Positions 61,890 through 64,000 of a stretch of DNA of 64,000 nucleotides are shown here, piece after piece. The stretch's first letter is position 1. Each line of letters starts with the position of its first letter. The translations under genes and the position numbers were made by a program. The DNA comes from an uncultured bacterium (GTDB taxonomy: Bacteria > Krumholzibacteriota > Krumholzibacteriia > LZORAL124-64-63): positions 640,001 through 704,000 of the forward strand of contig CAVSGO010000005.1 of the NCBI GenBank assembly GCA_963727525.1. The letters are read 5' to 3'. The notes beneath the pieces were generated by a model that saw nothing but the letters and a program-made list of their open reading frames with translations, had not been told where the DNA came from and did not search any database.

Positions 61890-63995
61890 ATGTCTACGCA
61901 GAGAACCAACCTCGTCATGGGGATCGTCGTGGCGGCCCTCATCCTGGTCGGCTTCGCGGGTCCGGTCCGCGCCAATCAGGACGACTACTTGCCGACCATC
62001 CAGATGAACAGTCCGAGCGCGCTGCTCTATCAAGACGAGCCCCGTCCCGTCGCAACGAGTTTTTTCGTCGGCTTCGTGGGGTCCGACCCGGACGGTATCG
62101 CCAGCCAGGCGCCGACGAAATACCGCTATCTCCTCACCCGGGCTGTGTTGCCTGACGGGAACTATGCGATGTCGAAAATCGAGGTTCAGGAAAACGTGGA
62201 GTCGCTGCTCTCGTACGCGGACCCCGCGTGGTCGTCATGGCTCGACTGGCCGGCCGACGAGGCGGACCAGCGCATCGCGATCAACAACCTCCCGAGGTTA
62301 GACGAGCAGGCCAGGCGCATCTTCTACCTCATCGCGCTGCAGGCCATGGACGAGAACGGAGCCGTGAGCGTGGCCCGCACGTACGGCACGAACGTGGGCC
62401 ACTTCTTCGTGGCCGACCTGGCGCCGCGGCTCGCCATTTACGAACCATTGCTGGGCGACTACACCTTCGTGGGCACGCACCTGGTCTTCGACCTCGACAT
62501 CGGCAGCGACACCTACGCCTTCCAGTGGGTCGCGGACGCCAGCTCCTATGGGGCAGAGATCACATCCTATCGCTGGGGCGTGGATATTGCCGACGTCGAC
62601 GATCCCGACGATCCCGGCTGGTCCGGACCGCCGGGGCTCGGCCCCGAGTATCAGCAGACCGGTCCGCTGCCGCTGGTTTCCGGCATACACAACCTGATCA
62701 TCGAGGCCACCGATTCCGCCGGCGGACTGACGCGGGCGCGTTACCTTCTGTCGGTCGTCCCGATCCCGGATCTCCCCGACCAGGATCAGCTCCTGCTCGT
62801 CGACGACGTGCCGGATCACGATAGCAACGCCTGGCAATCCCAGGACGGGTCGATCGCGCTGGACAATGACATCTACCGGGATACGTTCTGGCAGAATGCG
62901 CTGAGCGACGTCCTGGGCTTCGATCCCCAGGGCAACGTCATCGACACGGAGACCGAGCCGATCACCCTGCGCGACCTCGTACGGTATCGCGCCGTGATCT
63001 GGACCAGCAGGTACGCGTCGACAAACGCGGTGGACACGAACTTCCGGCCTGTCACGTCCGAAGTGGACAGGTATACGTGGCTCGCATCGTACCAGAAGAA
63101 CGGTGGGAATCTTCTCTACGCGGCGAGTCGCGGCACGCAGAACTTCCTGTACGATGGTGTCCCCTACGCCCTCCCGACCATCTACGAGTCGCTGGAAGGG
63201 AACCCGTCAGGTGTGGCCGAGGATGGCCCGAACCAGTACCGCGTCGGCTTCGGCCACCGGACATTGCCCGACGGGACGACGCTCCAGGTAGGCGAGACAC
63301 GCTACCCGTACCGGGCGCTCGGCCTGTCGGTGACGGACGTCATGTCACCGATGTCGACCGATATCCTCTACGGCACCGACCCGCTTCTGACCGTGCACCA
63401 GGCGCGCAAGCCGCCGTGTGCAGGAATGAAATCCATCGTCCTCGACGGTGATTTCGCATCGCAGCACATGCCGGGAGGCCTGGCGTTCGCCGACACGATC
63501 GGGACGGAGGCAACGATCGACTGGCGCGATCTCGATCCGGCGTACTACGACGATCTGACGCGTCCCTACACCTGGGGCAACGACGAGTTCTACGAGAACC
63601 CCGGCGATCGCTCCACGCCGTTCACCTACCAGACCTGCGCCGACGGACCCAGTGGTGCGTGCATCGAGCCGATGTTCCGGTCGCAGTCGCGCTTCGACTG
63701 GATCCGGGAACAGCATCTTGCCGCCGATCCGGACGACGACTGGCCCGACGGGTACTACACCGAACAGCAGCTCGATGCCTTGTGCGGCGCCTACGGCCTC
63801 GACGATGGCAATACCTCCGCGCGGACGAACGACCAGACAGTGGGTTTCCTGTCCTACAAGCTGGTCGCCGACAAGCCGAGCGAGATACCCGACGTGATCT
63901 GGGGTTTCGACCCCTACCGCATGGATCACGCCGCGATGGTCGACGCGATCCGCTGGGTGCTGGGCGACCACTTCAACCTCACGCTCAACCGCTGA
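61890..63995 (+). CDS. Large secreted hypothetical protein
   Basis: GGAGG RBS, signal peptide (PVRA); acidic beta-rich N-half; LLLVDD..AVIW..GGNLL alpha/beta C-half. Confidence 0.8.
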   Translation: MSTQRTNLVMGIVVAALILVGFAGPVRANQDDYLPTIQMNSPSALLYQDEPRPVATSFFVGFVGSDPDGIASQAPTKYRYLLTRAVLPDGNYAMSKIEVQENVESLLSYADPAWSSWLDWPADEADQRIAINNLPRLDEQARRIFYLIALQAMDENGAVSVARTYGTNVGHFFVADLAPRLAIYEPLLGDYTFVGTHLVFDLDIGSDTYAFQWVADASSYGAEITSYRWGVDIADVDDPDDPGWSGPPGLGPEYQQTGPLPLVSGIHNLIIEATDSAGGLTRARYLLSVVPIPDLPDQDQLLLVDDVPDHDSNAWQSQDGSIALDNDIYRDTFWQNALSDVLGFDPQGNVIDTETEPITLRDLVRYRAVIWTSRYASTNAVDTNFRPVTSEVDRYTWLASYQKNGGNLLYAASRGTQNFLYDGVPYALPTIYESLEGNPSGVAEDGPNQYRVGFGHRTLPDGTTLQVGETRYPYRALGLSVTDVMSPMSTDILYGTDPLLTVHQARKPPCAGMKSIVLDGDFASQHMPGGLAFADTIGTEATIDWRDLDPAYYDDLTRPYTWGNDEFYENPGDRSTPFTYQTCADGPSGACIEPMFRSQSRFDWIREQHLAADPDDDWPDGYYTEQQLDALCGAYGLDDGNTSARTNDQTVGFLSYKLVADKPSEIPDVIWGFDPYRMDHAAMVDAIRWVLGDHFNLTLNR

Positions 63996-64000
63996 TCGCC

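Overview
High-GC bacterial chromosomal window. The secreted proteins (FlgD-Ig/T9SS-like C-terminal domains and a short C-terminal [TS]WGx[LI]KxxYR tail) suggest an FCB-superphylum candidate lineage such as Krumholzibacteriota/Latescibacterota; this is inference, not a marker-gene call. Housekeeping operons: dnaB-MBL-mlaEFD-Omp85-leuS; yicC-gmk-rpoZ-coaBC-udg; rho-rpmE-DUF1385-prfA-prmC; murA-selB-ispG; ychF; glgP; rocD. Between them lie many secreted or envelope proteins: two paralogous S8 proteases, two beta-helix proteins, a lamin-tail protein, a multiheme cytochrome and an ECF sigma/anti-sigma/Spy-like module. One intact 1.22-kb IS with 21-bp terminal inverted repeats is present. Most interesting: (1) a putative short C-terminal sorting signal shared by unrelated secreted proteins; (2) a promoter-flanked, GGA-rich structured ncRNA candidate at ~58.77-58.97 kb and a second structured region at ~20.4-20.6 kb; (3) a phased array of DnaA-box-like 9-mers upstream of dnaB; (4) a DksA with the two-cysteine CxxT-x17-CxxA motif. 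Single-base indels in selB, a TPR lipoprotein and a Spy-like gene look like sequencing errors, so the apparent 1002-aa SelB-IspG fusion is an artifact. No tRNA, rRNA or CRISPR array was seen.
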